56,166 bases of DNA from Asterionella formosa (taxonomy: Eukaryota). The translations under genes were made by a program, and so were the position numbers. The notes beneath the pieces are model-generated. The model ran no database searches. It was given only the letters and a program-made list of their open reading frames with translations, and had not been told where the DNA came from. Below are positions 23,305 to 35,766 of this stretch, one piece after another. Location of the stretch: positions 1 through 56,166 of the forward strand of contig NKIB01013520.1 in assembly GCA_002256025.1 (NCBI GenBank), read 5' to 3'. Each line of letters opens with the position of its first letter. Position 1 is the stretch's first letter.

Positions 23305-23388
23305 AAACTTTTTTTTATAATACATTAAAGCTAAACTAATAATCGCACTTATGCCTGGAGAGACACGGGGGAAATTGATAAGTCTTAA
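23305..23388 (-). mobile_element. Short A-tailed retroposed insert within the RT region
   Basis: Interrupts GFV/QS coding, is flanked by CCTCC repeats and ends TAGCTTTAATGTATTATAAAAAAAA on the minus strand. Confidence 0.45.
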
Positions 23389-26300
23389 GGAGGACAAAAC
23401 CTAAGGAGCCGAGATCATTCCTTGGCGCAAGTGCTGTGCCCAAGTTCTCCCAGCTTGCTTCTGACCATAGATACGTTTTAAAATCTTCAAACAGTTAGTA
23501 TTCCTGCCACCTTCCGGCAGCTCAAACCCTTTGGAAACAATCTCCATGTAGAGATCACATTCTGCATCAGCTTGTGGATAGGCCAACGTGAAATCAATCT
23601 GTCTATGCTCTACCCTTTCATTAGGGACCACAGCGTCAAAAGAAATAGAATAGGAGGCCAGGATAGCCTTGCAGCATAAGTTTGCCAGTTGTTTGCTCCA
23701 TATTCTTGTTTTCCTCCATGGAGTTATAGACGAGCCTTCCATTTGTAAACCTCTTTAGTCGACATTCTCCTCTTTCTCTTCATAGCCCAAACACAAGGAA
23801 TAATTTTGGTTCCTGCAGGCACGGCTTCCTTGGATATAACCTTCCAATGATTATTGGCTCAATGTGCTGATACCTCAGCTTCCATTGCCTTCATAAATTC
23901 GGCCCTATCGGGCTCCCTTGTTAAAGCTTGATCTGCCCATAAGGTATCTGGATCGGACGTGTTTGCCGCAAATGCGATTGGATCGCACATCTCGGATTGG
24001 ATTTCATATTCATCATCGCCAGTGACATCATCAAGCACTGATTGAAAAGACAAGAAGCCATGTTCCACATTCTCAAGCAATCGAGGTGAGGACTTGTTAT
24101 GGCGCTGCGACCAGCGAACAACTGAAATGGGCAATGTGTTTGGTAGGGTTGCTTGTTGGTAGAGTTAAGTTCGAACGGGTGTGAAGCAACATTACTTAAG
24201 GTATCCAGATTCGGCATAGATGCACTAGCAGATGCCTGCAAAAGATTTCCTTGAGGCAACGTAGTGACATCCTCTTGGTTTGTTTCCACAGTTGGTCTCC
24301 TTGAAGATATCTGAGGGCCAGGGAGTACCGGACTTGCCCTGGCAGAAAACGGGTCTCCCTTAGAAACCATACGGGATGATGCATTATGTTTTCTTGCTTG
24401 AGATGGCCTGGTCGAAATATGAGGGGCAAAAAGCCAATCAGATTCATATGCATCATCACCCTGATGGTTAATTGTCTCGAACATATCATGGAATGCCACA
24501 TAAAATTAAGGGGAAACAAGACCGGTCTTAATATGTAGGGCTAATGCAACCGAACGTGCATGCAAAGGAGACTTTCCCAAGTACACTCCCATGCTAATGC
24601 AACCGAACGTGCATGCAAAGGAGACTTTCCCAAATACACTCCCATGCAGGCCCTTTTCACCAACCATTTAGGGATGCCCTGCCCTGCCTGCAGAGCATTA
24701 TTAAGTACATACACCGGACATGCAAATTGTCTGAATGAGGCAAGTTTGGGCGGATCCCAGGTGTTTGCAAAAACATTTAAAACCGATTTAACATCAATCT
24801 ATCTGGGGGCACAGACACGGGCGTCATTTGCGGATCGTTACAAGGTACAAGGCCATAGGCAATTTGCAACCACCTTTGGCCAACGTGACATAGCACGCAA
24901 AAGCGAGGTATGTGTCAAATCTTGAAGATCGTGAATTTCCTTTTCTGCGATCCCATTCTGAAAATGGGCATTGACACCACAATAGATAATAGTTTGATTC
25001 TTCTCCTCAATATCTCGTAAGAACATTGTGTCAGCAAATCTGCCATTGTCAGCATGATAGTGCAGAACGTTCACCCCATGTGACTCGCACATTCTCTCAA
25101 ATACCCGCTTCGCTCTGACAGTATCCCCCGAGGATAGCGATCGTTGCAGGTGAAAATAAGAGGACCGGTTGCAGTGTTCCACAAAAATAGTGGCAGCATT
25201 GTAGCGTTGAGTAGTAGGAATCCCCTTTAACTGTGCAATCAGGCCAGGAATCGGTGACTGAAGTTGATCGACAGAGACAAATTGACCTGGCATAGTGGAA
25301 AATTGACCACCTTGTTTGTTTACTGGCCCATTTGATCTCCACGCCCGTCGAATTGATTTCCCATATGAACAGTCCGCACATTTTGGAATTCGAGCTTTCA
25401 GAAGCTTGTGAGGCAGATGCCTGATTGTTGCCATAAGACGCAATTGATCGAAGGGGAGGTGGCTCAACGTATAGTGCAACAGCAACAAAAAAGCAGTGGG
25501 CGACAAGGAGTCTTCGTCTTCCATCTGCTTGCTGATGATCTTTGACTCATGCAGTACCACAGGTGAAATAACTTGGAGGGGGTGTTCTGACTTAATGCTT
25601 TGTTTTGTTAGCAATGGTTTTGTCCCAATTGAGTGGCTCATTATCTTCTAGATCACATGGGAGGGAGATCTTACCATCATCATCCTCATCCTCATCCCCG
25701 GATTCCTCATCATCTGTGACGGTAATCATGTTAAACATAAGATTTTGCGATCCACCTTATCATCTTGTAGAACATTTCTATAAGTCATAAATCGCTTCAT
25801 TCCTGAGGCTGATCGGAAGGTGGCCACATTCGTCCCTGAGTCCAGCCAAACAATCCCGGTTGCTGAGTTTCCATTCCAATGTAACACAACCTTATCATGA
25901 TGATTGTGCGTGGCGCGCCAGGTTCCCTCTTTGCCTTGGAGAATGTCATTTGAAGTTTGACTCCAATGTTGTGGAGATAACATTCGGCATGGTGCTTTAG
26001 GGGCATATAGGGTACCTAGGATAATAAAGATGTGGATATGCCCAATATCATCCTCAGACTTCCAACGAACCGTTCCTGTACGAGTTATATAAATAGGGCC
26101 TCCAATTGCACTGATTCGAGCGTTAACCTTCGTGGTTACTCCAGTAAAGTCAGCAAAGCAATTCGTAATACACTTGGAACAACAATTGTCCATAATTATG
26201 GGGAAACTATCAGAGTCGAAAGGGACATGAGGGGAAGGTAATTGGCTTGCCGATGTCATAGTACCAATGATTGATGGGCATGCAATCAACCGCTTAGATG

Positions 26301-28417
26301 CGCGAAATGAAGGGTGATGACCCGTAGCCCTCCGAGTCTTCCTTGAGGGAGCGTCCCCAGAATATGACAAACTTAGCAACCTTTCCCACTCAAGTAACGC
26401 TGTACATATCCAAGCCTGACCGTGTTTGAGATGTTTGTGCAACCAGCAGGCAACTTTTCTTTCCCGTTTGGGTACATAAGGGCAGGCTGGAGGATGGGTA
26501 TTTCATATGGAGGGACAACGCCATCAAGACAACACACCAACATGCGACGGTTTCACTAAACATATACATGGAGAAGGGCCAACAGACGAGGAAGAATAAT
26601 TTGAACACTAATACAATTAGCATCTTCAATTCCACAATCTTCCTTGGGCCACTTTCCTATTCCATAGCATCCCCTGCATATTCATCCAATGCCTCGTTGG
26701 ACCCTTCATCGTCTCCATCCATGATGGTAGAATAAGCGACAGAAAGTGCAAGAGCTTCCTTGGCTTTATTGCGTCGCTTGTTTAGATCCTTAGAGGATGC
26801 GCATGCTCCATCGGTAACGTTGCACTCTGCAAGAGTGTGAACAGTCCATGATGCGTGATTAATGCACCAGTGATATGTTTTACCATCGAAAGACTTGGAT
26901 TTGCTTAGTATCTCCATCAGCAGGTGGAATCAACTCTTTCCATATGACAATTTCTTTGCCACCTTGGCCTTACGAGCTTTTTCTTTCTTCTCAGCAGCAG
27001 CATCATTGTTGGTTTTCTTGAAGTACTCCAACTTGGCAGTCAAAGCAATGATTTGAGCATCAATCTTTGGAACCCGGACAGCTGGAAGGTTCCACTGGTT
27101 TGATTCAATTAACATTTTGTACTTGGTGTTCAAAGCCAGATCCATAAGGGAATCCACCTCAAAATCAATACGTCCATCATTGTACTGATCTTGCTGACCA
27201 ATGATTTAATCATGAAAGACCTTGTCATCCACAGCCGCACATGCCCTTAAGAGGTCAGTGAGAAGATCAGATGAAGTTTCGCCTTGGGAAAGCAATGAAT
27301 CGCTCTGGACCTAAGCATGCAAATTAAACTTCTCAATGCATATCTCCCTTGACTGATCCCCTGTAGACGTCTAAGTTTTTTAAAGTACGCCAAATAGTGG
27401 CCACCATGGATCCAGTATCCACTGTATAAGGCGTAATCAACAGCTTAAGAAAGCAGGCCCCACTAGCCACGAATAAGTTTGGATTAACTGCCAAGGCGAG
27501 GCGATAGGCTGACGAATCTGTTGAGATTGTGAGTAGTGCGTCGAGCTACAAAGAATCATGCACACAAGTAAAAAGCTGAGCACTATTCTGGCTGGGCATT
27601 TTGGATCTGATTATGTACATACGTCAATGCATGGTCGGTGACATCAGTCATGGTCACCCAACCATACTAGGTGAGGATCAGATTCCTTGGAACTCTGTGG
27701 TTGAAATCAGGTACCAAAAGGATACTTGACAATCCAAAGGAATAAGCTCTCTGTTGGAGGGATTGAAGGAAGAGACGTAGGCTTCCAGTTTCGCCATCGA
27801 AAGTATGAGTCAACTTTTCAGTCGCCGACTTGTACAGTTTCATTCCTTCATTTGTCGCGTAATCGAAAAGACCGGATTTTCAAGAGCTTGAGTCAATGCG
27901 AAGACAAACAGAGGAGGAGCAGCAGCAGCGGCCATGATGGGAGGATGTCCTTGAATACGAAGGGATCGACATAAAATGGTAGACCGTTGTCTAGAGAAAT
28001 GTATGTCTCAGTATGCACAGGGGAAGCGTGAGGGAATTGCAATGCAAAGCTGATGTAGGCAATGAAACAATTGTCGAAAAAAACCATAGTGAACAAATGG
28101 AGTTGATCAAATTGTACCTTTATAATTATTGTGCACTTTACATTAGGTGGAATAATTTCTTAATCGATCAAATGATCATTGCTAATAGAATCCAACGCAC
28201 AAGCAACATAACCACGACGAAGACGAACAATGGCTGGATTTGAAATCGTCAATCAAAATGAATACTAAAACATCGAGCTATCGGAACCCGGACAAGATAA
28301 TCAAGCCAGTCACCATGGAATATGCGAATGCATGATACTCTAAAAATATCCAATATTCTCACTACATACCAGCAAGAAAAGCGCTGACAATTGTGGTTTG
28401 AAAACGACACCCATTCT

Positions 28418-28536
28418 TGTTAGAATCTTAATTTTTCTTTCATACAAGAGTATAGATGAGAAAGGATGTTAAGCTGAGAGAAGGAGAAGCTCAGAAAAAG
28501 AAAACTCACAGCAAACGTACCATGACGAGGCCAACA
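28418..28536 (-). repeat. Candidate 5' LTR of the CoDi element
   Basis: TGTT...AACA-bounded 119-bp segment upstream of gag. There is no second LTR in the window to confirm it. Confidence 0.4.
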
Positions 28537-28630
28537 TTATCCCTCGTAGATTTAAAAAAAGCTTGATAGCCCCCTTTTTGACTATTTTTTGGATAGTTAC
28601 GATTACAAGAGAGTCACAAAACTAGGGAAG

Positions 28631-28710
28631 CACAGGTCTTGCCAGCAGGCAGCACAATGAAATACTTGCCTTGAAAGAGGGGAGTACGAATGGGCTATAA
28701 AGCATATCAA
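28631..28710 (+). repeat. Fragment matching the 3' end of the 9881-10247 repeat
   Basis: CAGGTCTTGCCAGCAGGCAGCACAAT...GGGGAGTACGAATGGGCTAT is similar to 10170-10240. Confidence 0.65.
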
Positions 28711-29921
28711 GGTGGCGGCCCCACCACAGTTACACATTACAAGGTCCTTTATTTACCAAAATAATTTTATGATGTACCTCAATCCACACATCACATACAA
28801 GTAAATATAATAGGTAAAGGTAAAATTAGCTTTCACCATTACGACCACTTTGCATATGCTTAGATACTGTCATTGCTCGACTTAGGGTATGTTCTATCTT
28901 CAGCTATGGTAAGGACCTCATATCTGGAGAGAAGTGGCAGTTATGTATCATAGATTCATATCAACTACCGCAAAAAAGTCAAAAAAGGGGCTACGAAGCT
29001 TTTCAAAAAATCTACGATACATAACTGCCACTTCTCTCCAGAAGTTAGCTAACTCCTGACGTTATAGTAGGGTACACGGCTATCAATTTTAATCGTCATG
29101 AAACCCCGTAGATGTAGAGCAATCCTCTTCCAAAAAGTCGACCCGATCGGTTTTTTCAACGATTGACAAAAAAATTAGAATCGGAATTAGTACGTGCAAA
29201 AACGATCTTGTAGACTTAGAGTCTTGCATAGGTATGTTTTGCTGAATAAATCTCTGTCCGAAAAGATTCCAGGGTGAGTTCCCTCATCACTACACATATT
29301 CTGATTGGTTGAATTGAATTTACTCACCTGCTCCAGATCGGCTACAGTATCCAGGTCTTGTAAAATTACGCCAGCCACACTTGAACCACACGTATTGGAT
29401 GCACTGTATAGCACCAACATGTAAAGTCAGTATGGGTACACCAGTGCTAGTTTCATCCTGTCTTCCATCATCATGAACCAAGATTATGTACTACCAGTAC
29501 ACTGGTACTCTGGTCTACTTCGGTACCTGGTGCCACACTGATTTTTGTATACGCACCGGTATACCTTTGTGCATGGAGTAATATTGAAACTACACAGCGA
29601 CGTAGATTTAATATAAGGTATGAACACAAACCATGAGCATAGCTACATGTTGGCATACTCCTAATATAAAAATGTGTTTTGGCGTTGAGCAAAATTATGT
29701 CTACATGCAGCAATGTTGATATAGTGGTATAAATGTTTAAATATCATTTTTGTTTTTTTAAAATGGAACTCTATCAATCTGGCACCGATTCCTATTGAAT
29801 TCAAATATTCAAATGGACACTCGAATCATGGGAATCCATTGTAGGAAACTCCCTGCTCCACGCCATTTTTACGACCGTAGCGATATTTTCTCCAAACTAG
29901 GGTTAAGCCAGGGCCGCAACC
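28711..29921. mobile_element. Kolobok-like K1 copy, inverted relative to 5974-7078
   Basis: TCAA|GGTGGCGGCCCC...GGGCCGCAACC|TTAA. Its reverse complement aligns with 5974-7078. Confidence 0.8.
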
Positions 29922-29925
29922 TTAA

Positions 29926-30079
29926 GGAACTGTCATCAATGGAAAGGGTGTCCAATCGTGAAAGCTCCGAGTAGTGATATACATACTAATTTTAGACATG
30001 AAAATTTCGTGTTTGATTAGTCTGAATCAATATTATATGTTCAACCCTACCCATAACCTAGGGTTGAACTGCAGGAACC
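29926..30079. mobile_element. Short K2 end fragment abutting K1 at a shared TTAA
   Basis: TTAA|GGAAC...CTAGGGTTGAACTGCAGGAACC|TTAA; matches 8995-9135. Confidence 0.75.
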
Positions 30080-30384
30080 TTAAGAAATACGACTACCGGT
30101 ATCACACACAGGGTTTTATTGACAAGCCTCAATAAACTCGGTGAAACCATCGAAACAAGTTTTATCTTTAACAACAATCCCGGAAAACTGGAACAGTTTG
30201 ACCACGAGAATTGTTGTATGTGAATTGATTTTGATAAAATAAATACGAATAATTTGGCCATCCCGGAACGGTCAAATATTTCAGGTTGATCAAATTCATC
30301 ATTGGAATTTGAATTTGCGTGCCTGTCCTGCGCCACGCCATCAGTTTAAGCAAAATGACCGCTCCCGCTACGGTAGTTGTATAT

Positions 30385-30475
30385 CTTGCGGTCATTTGAT
30401 TGGAGTTAACTGTTTACCGGTATCCATCTTCATCCAAAGGTGAAATGTCTATTTATGCAAAATCACCGCAACTTG
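30385..30475. repeat. ~90-bp mini-MITE, family of 38435-38909
   Basis: TTGCGGTCATTT...GCAAAATCACCGCAACTTG. A partial end GCAAAATGACCGC lies just upstream at ~30350. Confidence 0.6.
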
Positions 30476-31395
30476 CAGTTACCGGTAGTACCTACTACCG
30501 GTACCCTGGTACTAGGGTAGACGATCGAACATACAGTAGGCGGAGTGCATGCGCCTAGAATACCGTAGGCATACAAATGGTAGATTGCGTCGATAGTAAA
30601 CACGTCTATTGATAAATGGATGAAGGCATATATGCATGGTACCAATACCTGATTGATTAGCAAGTATGATCCTGCCCATGTCCCTGCCCAGCGTTACCTC
30701 ACTCATCATTTTCTATACAAAAATTATTTGGGAAGGGCCGTCACAGACCCAGCTGGCGTCCCAAGATTCGATGCTCGTAACAAGAGCAAAAGGGAACATA
30801 AATTTAGTGGGACATCAAGAATGCCTCCCCGGCACTCCTATCATGCGATAATTCTTTTCATGTTTAAATAATCGGAATAAAAGTCCGTTGGTCCATCTAA
30901 ATCCGACAATTTTCCATGTTTGAGCTTATAGCTTTCTTCAACTACGTATTTAGAAGATAATGCTTTAGCTGGCACGCTGACAAGAATGTCATACATCAGC
31001 AGGTGTTTTCCGTACCACCTAAGAAAGCACTACCATACGGTACTTCTTAGTTTCTTCACTTGGCTTTCGGCGCGAAAACAAGCCACACCTTTGAGCACCT
31101 GACGCCTCGGTTGTTCGGCACGACAGCGAGAGTCGACCATCCTCGGCAACCAGAGTTGATTTTTATGTACCAGGTACCGGTAATCTATTTACAGTGTCCC
31201 CGCGTGTAAAAAATCAACATTTCTTGTGTCAAATTTCCCTCAGCACATGAACTCAACGCGATTCCGTTTCCGACAATAGGTTCCCCGCTTGGACCTTTCC
31301 CATTCGTTGAGCCAATACAATTTGAGCAGGTCTCCTCAGTGCAGTCCGCTGAATCCTGGAAAGAAAAGAGCATCATTTGATCTCGGCTGTCGGAC

Positions 31396-32478
31396 ATGCG
31401 ATTCTTCGGAAGGAGAAACGGTGCCACCGGGGCCGCTCGCCGCGACAACAATGTCACGCTGAATACTGCTCCAAAACAACTTTTGGCACCGGGGACGATG
31501 ATGGAATCCGATGTTTCCAGCACAAGTACTGGTAGTGGGTTACATGAAATCAACTTGTCATCTAAGCAACAAGCAGCGCTTTCGTACAGCAATGCCGATG
31601 TAGACTGGGATGGCATCAACCACAACAAGCAGGAGCGACAGCCAAACGACCAGTCTAACATCGAAGATGAGCGCATTAAGGCACGAAGCTCCGTTAAAGA
31701 TTTGATGAACCGCATGAAAGTACGACCCGTCGCACGCAGCCTGGTCTTCCAGCCCGAGCAGCGACGATTGCCAACGCCACCTAGGACTCGTCAGGCGTCC
31801 TTGCTAAGTGCAGCCAGCACAGCTAGACCTGTCCTCATTACGGTCAATGATGGAATAGACGAGGACTTGAACAGAAGGGACATCAACCCTCTGCTGGTGA
31901 GTCACCCCAATGTTCTGCGAACAAGACCACCAACAGGTATGCGCGTTCCAGAACCTGACCTTTTCGCAAGCAAACAGCGGTTTATGTCAGATCTCACAAC
32001 GGCCGTGGACCGGTCATTGTCAGCTCACTTCATCAGAAACACTCTTTCCCACGACGAGGACGAGTCTCTCTTTTCAGATGACACATCGGCGATGTCCTTC
32101 ACCACCGGTACCTCCTTCAGTACTGGGATGTCGCAGTCAACGGGTTTTTCGGGCAGTACAGGTTTCACGTTGTCAACCGTTGGAACTCATTCTGTATATA
32201 CAGAACTGACTGGTAACACTGTATCCGTTTTTCCTGATCTTGACATAAATAGCGAGGAAGACTCAGTTTCAATTCTTACCGCACGTAACAAGAAGGGACT
32301 GGCCAACGCCATTGCCGACGACTTTGCTGGCCTATTGTTGGATGTGGTGCGTGGTGGCAATGATATCTTGTCATGTGCCGTGGATAATGCATGCAGTAAC
32401 AATGGTGAAGGCTTATTCGAAGTTTCTCAAAGTTCGAGAATGCGGTATGGACGCCCGGGTAGACTTCACCGGGGTTAG
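31396..32478 (+). CDS. Hypothetical Ser/Thr-rich, largely disordered protein (360 aa)
   Basis: Long ATG-initiated ORF with coding-like GC content; no recognisable domain. Confidence 0.7.
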   Translation: MRFFGRRNGATGAARRDNNVTLNTAPKQLLAPGTMMESDVSSTSTGSGLHEINLSSKQQAALSYSNADVDWDGINHNKQERQPNDQSNIEDERIKARSSVKDLMNRMKVRPVARSLVFQPEQRRLPTPPRTRQASLLSAASTARPVLITVNDGIDEDLNRRDINPLLVSHPNVLRTRPPTGMRVPEPDLFASKQRFMSDLTTAVDRSLSAHFIRNTLSHDEDESLFSDDTSAMSFTTGTSFSTGMSQSTGFSGSTGFTLSTVGTHSVYTELTGNTVSVFPDLDINSEEDSVSILTARNKKGLANAIADDFAGLLLDVVRGGNDILSCAVDNACSNNGEGLFEVSQSSRMRYGRPGRLHRG

Positions 32479-32663
32479 AAGGCGAAGTATTAACAAGGCT
32501 TTTAAACAAGTACTTGTGTACTTGGTGCGCGTTGTTACTTTTCTTGCATTCTCGCTGTGTACGAAGCACCGGGAGCAAAACGCTCCGTATTACCAATCGT
32601 TTTACCAATGTGCTAGTCACGTCCAACTTTTGTATCACATAGGAATGTTAAGTAAAATATTTG

Positions 32664-35189
32664 TCATGTTGAACTATGCATTTGAGGCACCAACTCTAAG
32701 GCTGTTGAAACTGGACGTTGAAGTCCGTCATCATCGTAGTCGGATGTCGGAACTGCTCGTCTGTTCATCCAAATAGACCAAACTTCAGTGCCGTCATTGT
32801 CTTCGCGGAAAATGACGCAGCTACAAGCTACCAAACTGAAAATTATGGCTGCTGTCAATACCCGATAGACGGATCCTACAGAGAGCGATGGTACTACTTC
32901 TGTTGGTACCGAACCTTCCCATTCATCAAATGGGTTGCGGACTGACTTTTCCGTAATCTTTGAAGTCGATGGTCCAATCTCTATTGTCAGGGGTATAGAA
33001 AGCCAATCTAATCGCCCTTGAACAACCCCGCTGGAATCTTCTGCTCTCCACGTTGGATCTGTTCTTACGCGAGCAATGTGAGTTTGAGGAGGAAGTGAAG
33101 CTTCACGCTGTTCACTCCACTCTTGATCAACTCTCGCGACAGCGTATACAGTGATTCGATCCCCTTCGTGCAATTGCAAGGACTGCAAATCAATATGGGC
33201 AGCAAAAATAGTTTCCAATGGATGTAACGCTTCTTCCCTTGGGGTTGGGAATTCCACATCTTCATGCCAGTGTGTCTTCCCGTAGACGGGATCTGTTTTG
33301 CGAATGGACCGTCCTTGGACAAAAGTGTCGACCTCGTCCTGGGTTGTCGTCTTGGTTCCGCAGAGAAAGGGAGCTGCCTCGAATTCAGCCGCCGACGCAT
33401 ACCACAGCGATGTGTGGTCTACAGTAAACGCTCCTCCTACGGTCCAAGACAGTTCCACAGATAGAGTCCCGAAAGGAATTGAAATAATTTTGGTTTTTTC
33501 GCAACTGCTCCCAACTCTGGGTGATAGTGGTACAACGTCGTCCCAGATTTCCAGACCGTTGATTGCCAGCAATTGAACATAAGGCTCAACCAAGTCAATC
33601 ATACCGAGTGACAGCCTGATATTCCGACTGATGTGTCCATTTCCGCCACCTCGAGGTGTAAATGCGTCTTGGTTTGTCCCCAGCGTATTGTCTGCTGGTC
33701 GTTTATCGTTGCTGGTTTCCACCAACACCGTAGTCATACGTAAACTATACGAATTCGTGGGCGGCTGCAAAGATGCATTATACCCACCATTCTTGGCCGG
33801 GGTGCAAAGCGTCTGAACCAGTTCCTTGTCCCAAGATGCTGCATAACTCCAGTCTTCAAGGCCTCCTTCGACCGGATAGACTAGTTTATTCATGGTACCC
33901 ACCGGATACTCCGCACCTCCACCAATTGCCCCAGCAAATCTACTGTATAATTTCGATATCTGCTCTTGCGAGACAGCATCAGGAGCAACCTCTGTACGAG
34001 AGGGTGCACCCCACTCGTATGCCACCGCCTCCATCCCCCCATGAAATGTAATTGTCATTTGAACGATTCGTTCTATGAATAATTGATACAAGCTTCTGGC
34101 AGCTATACTTTGCAAACAATCCGCGTCACTTTTTCGATCAAATGGGAAATCCCTATTTGGATCAATATCTCCTTCTTCTCGAGTCCTTCTAAAGTATCCC
34201 AACGCATTCGCGGTGGGCACCACAATAATTGTTCTAGTAGTGACGAGTCGAGCCAACCACTTCCGGTGGACGGGAAATACCCCACGTTTGAGCAAATTTG
34301 CTCGACATTCTCTAGCGGCTTGTAATTCACGCTGAATTTCATCGTCTGTGAGGGCAACGTAGTCGGTACCATTCCAGGCGCGCCCCTGTGGCAATGACTC
34401 GCATATGGCGGCTTGTAGCAACAAATGTGCCGTTTCCATGACAGTGGTTGGACCAACAACTTCGTCACCATGCAGGGCACCAGATAAAAGTACTTGCGGC
34501 ATATTGTATCGTTGCTCTTCCAAGGGTTGTGACTTGTCCCTGATGGTAAGAATCCAAGTCTTGCATCCCTTGGAATCTTGCTCAAATGGACAATCTGAGT
34601 CGGTACCGGCGCCAGGAAGGTTATATGCTTCTTGCGCAGACGTGAGTTCAACTAGGCGAGGGAATGCTCGTGTCCATTCATGGAGAGTCTCGTAAATTTC
34701 TTCCGAAGTCCACAGTTGGTAGGGTCGAATAATTTCATTTTGTTGCTCTTGTACGTTCCGCAAATTCTTTGCATCAAGCTTCCGATGATTGGACCGAGTC
34801 ACCAAAGCATAGCTCTGAACGAGCAGGAACACGACGGAAGTAGCTATGAAGCAGCTTCTAAGATATATTTTAGATCGATTTCGTGTTGGTTCAAATGCAT
34901 CAAAGCGACTGCGACAATGGAGATTTGTGCGTTCAATGCCGTCAATGTCGCCGATGCCACGATCGTTTTGTCCGTTCACATCGGCGTTCCATTCTCGTCC
35001 CTCGTTTTCTTCGGAGCTGCTCATTGCTTCCTCCAGCTTTCGAGTTCGGCGTTGCGTCGTCATCTTCACGGCTAGCGGAGAGCTATAGCAGAATCTCCCT
35101 TGTGTCACCATGTTTTTGGTAAAGGGTTGTTGTTGTGTCGGCATGATGATCAGCCACATCATGATACCGGTATTGTAGGGAATCGACAC
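32664..35189 (-). CDS. M14 zinc carboxypeptidase family protein with hydrophobic segments near both termini (true start probably a downstream ATG)
   Basis: GALHGDE (HxxE), VPTANALG, DPNRDFP, ITFHGG, GGLEDWSY and catalytic-position VETS. TM-like SCFIATSVVFLLVQSYALV and VLTAAIIFSLVACSCVIF. Confidence 0.9.
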   Translation of the reverse strand: MSIPYNTGIMMWLIIMPTQQQPFTKNMVTQGRFCYSSPLAVKMTTQRRTRKLEEAMSSSEENEGREWNADVNGQNDRGIGDIDGIERTNLHCRSRFDAFEPTRNRSKIYLRSCFIATSVVFLLVQSYALVTRSNHRKLDAKNLRNVQEQQNEIIRPYQLWTSEEIYETLHEWTRAFPRLVELTSAQEAYNLPGAGTDSDCPFEQDSKGCKTWILTIRDKSQPLEEQRYNMPQVLLSGALHGDEVVGPTTVMETAHLLLQAAICESLPQGRAWNGTDYVALTDDEIQRELQAARECRANLLKRGVFPVHRKWLARLVTTRTIIVVPTANALGYFRRTREEGDIDPNRDFPFDRKSDADCLQSIAARSLYQLFIERIVQMTITFHGGMEAVAYEWGAPSRTEVAPDAVSQEQISKLYSRFAGAIGGGAEYPVGTMNKLVYPVEGGLEDWSYAASWDKELVQTLCTPAKNGGYNASLQPPTNSYSLRMTTVLVETSNDKRPADNTLGTNQDAFTPRGGGNGHISRNIRLSLGMIDLVEPYVQLLAINGLEIWDDVVPLSPRVGSSCEKTKIISIPFGTLSVELSWTVGGAFTVDHTSLWYASAAEFEAAPFLCGTKTTTQDEVDTFVQGRSIRKTDPVYGKTHWHEDVEFPTPREEALHPLETIFAAHIDLQSLQLHEGDRITVYAVARVDQEWSEQREASLPPQTHIARVRTDPTWRAEDSSGVVQGRLDWLSIPLTIEIGPSTSKITEKSVRNPFDEWEGSVPTEVVPSLSVGSVYRVLTAAIIFSLVACSCVIFREDNDGTEVWSIWMNRRAVPTSDYDDDGLQRPVSTALELVPQMHSST

Positions 35190-35766
35190 GATGCATGATC
35201 ACAGTGGTCTTTCACACATCGGTCATTTGTCGTCTCAGCGACACTTTTTTCAGACGCTATCTACCAACCCGGAGAGTAGATTTGAATCCATGTCAACGGC
35301 ACAATTTGCATTTGACTCGTCGTCCTAATACATTTATATGTCTTACCCTATGCATACCGGTAGTCCATGTATTCGTGTGGGCATCCAAACCATATACCTA
35401 CCTGTATATGCATCACCCCACTGCCTGTGCGGTACCGGTACCTGGTATACATATAACTACGACGAGCCACTGCCACGACCCTTGTTGTCTCAGCGCTAAG
35501 GTACCGTACAGCATACATTTGTGGCAATCATTGCACTCGACCTCCTTTCGCCGCCGGGTTGTTTGCGATCATCCGCATCCTCCTACCGTAAATCAACACA
35601 ATCCTCTGCCTATACCTGTATGCATATTACAACATATCTGCTTTCGATTCAATTGATCTGATTTGAGACACACATCAGTGAGCAGCAAGGTATTGAACAG
35701 TTTACCTTCCTGACGAACCAGCTGTTTGCAACAGCAACACAAGCCAACCGCGCATAGGACCACATC

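Larger units (their letters stand above)
22790..28536 (-). mobile_element. Degenerate CoDi-type Ty1/Copia LTR retrotransposon, 3'-truncated before RNase H
   Basis: Order is gag (KTYHWCINHASWTVHTLAEC knuckle), protease (FDSDSFPIIMDNCCS), integrase (H..LSH...C..C, VSVDQLQS, YHADNGRF, AHFQNGIAEK), RT (RQIDFTLAYPQA, YGQKQAGRTW, IYVDDG). Many stops and frameshifts. Confidence 0.9.
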
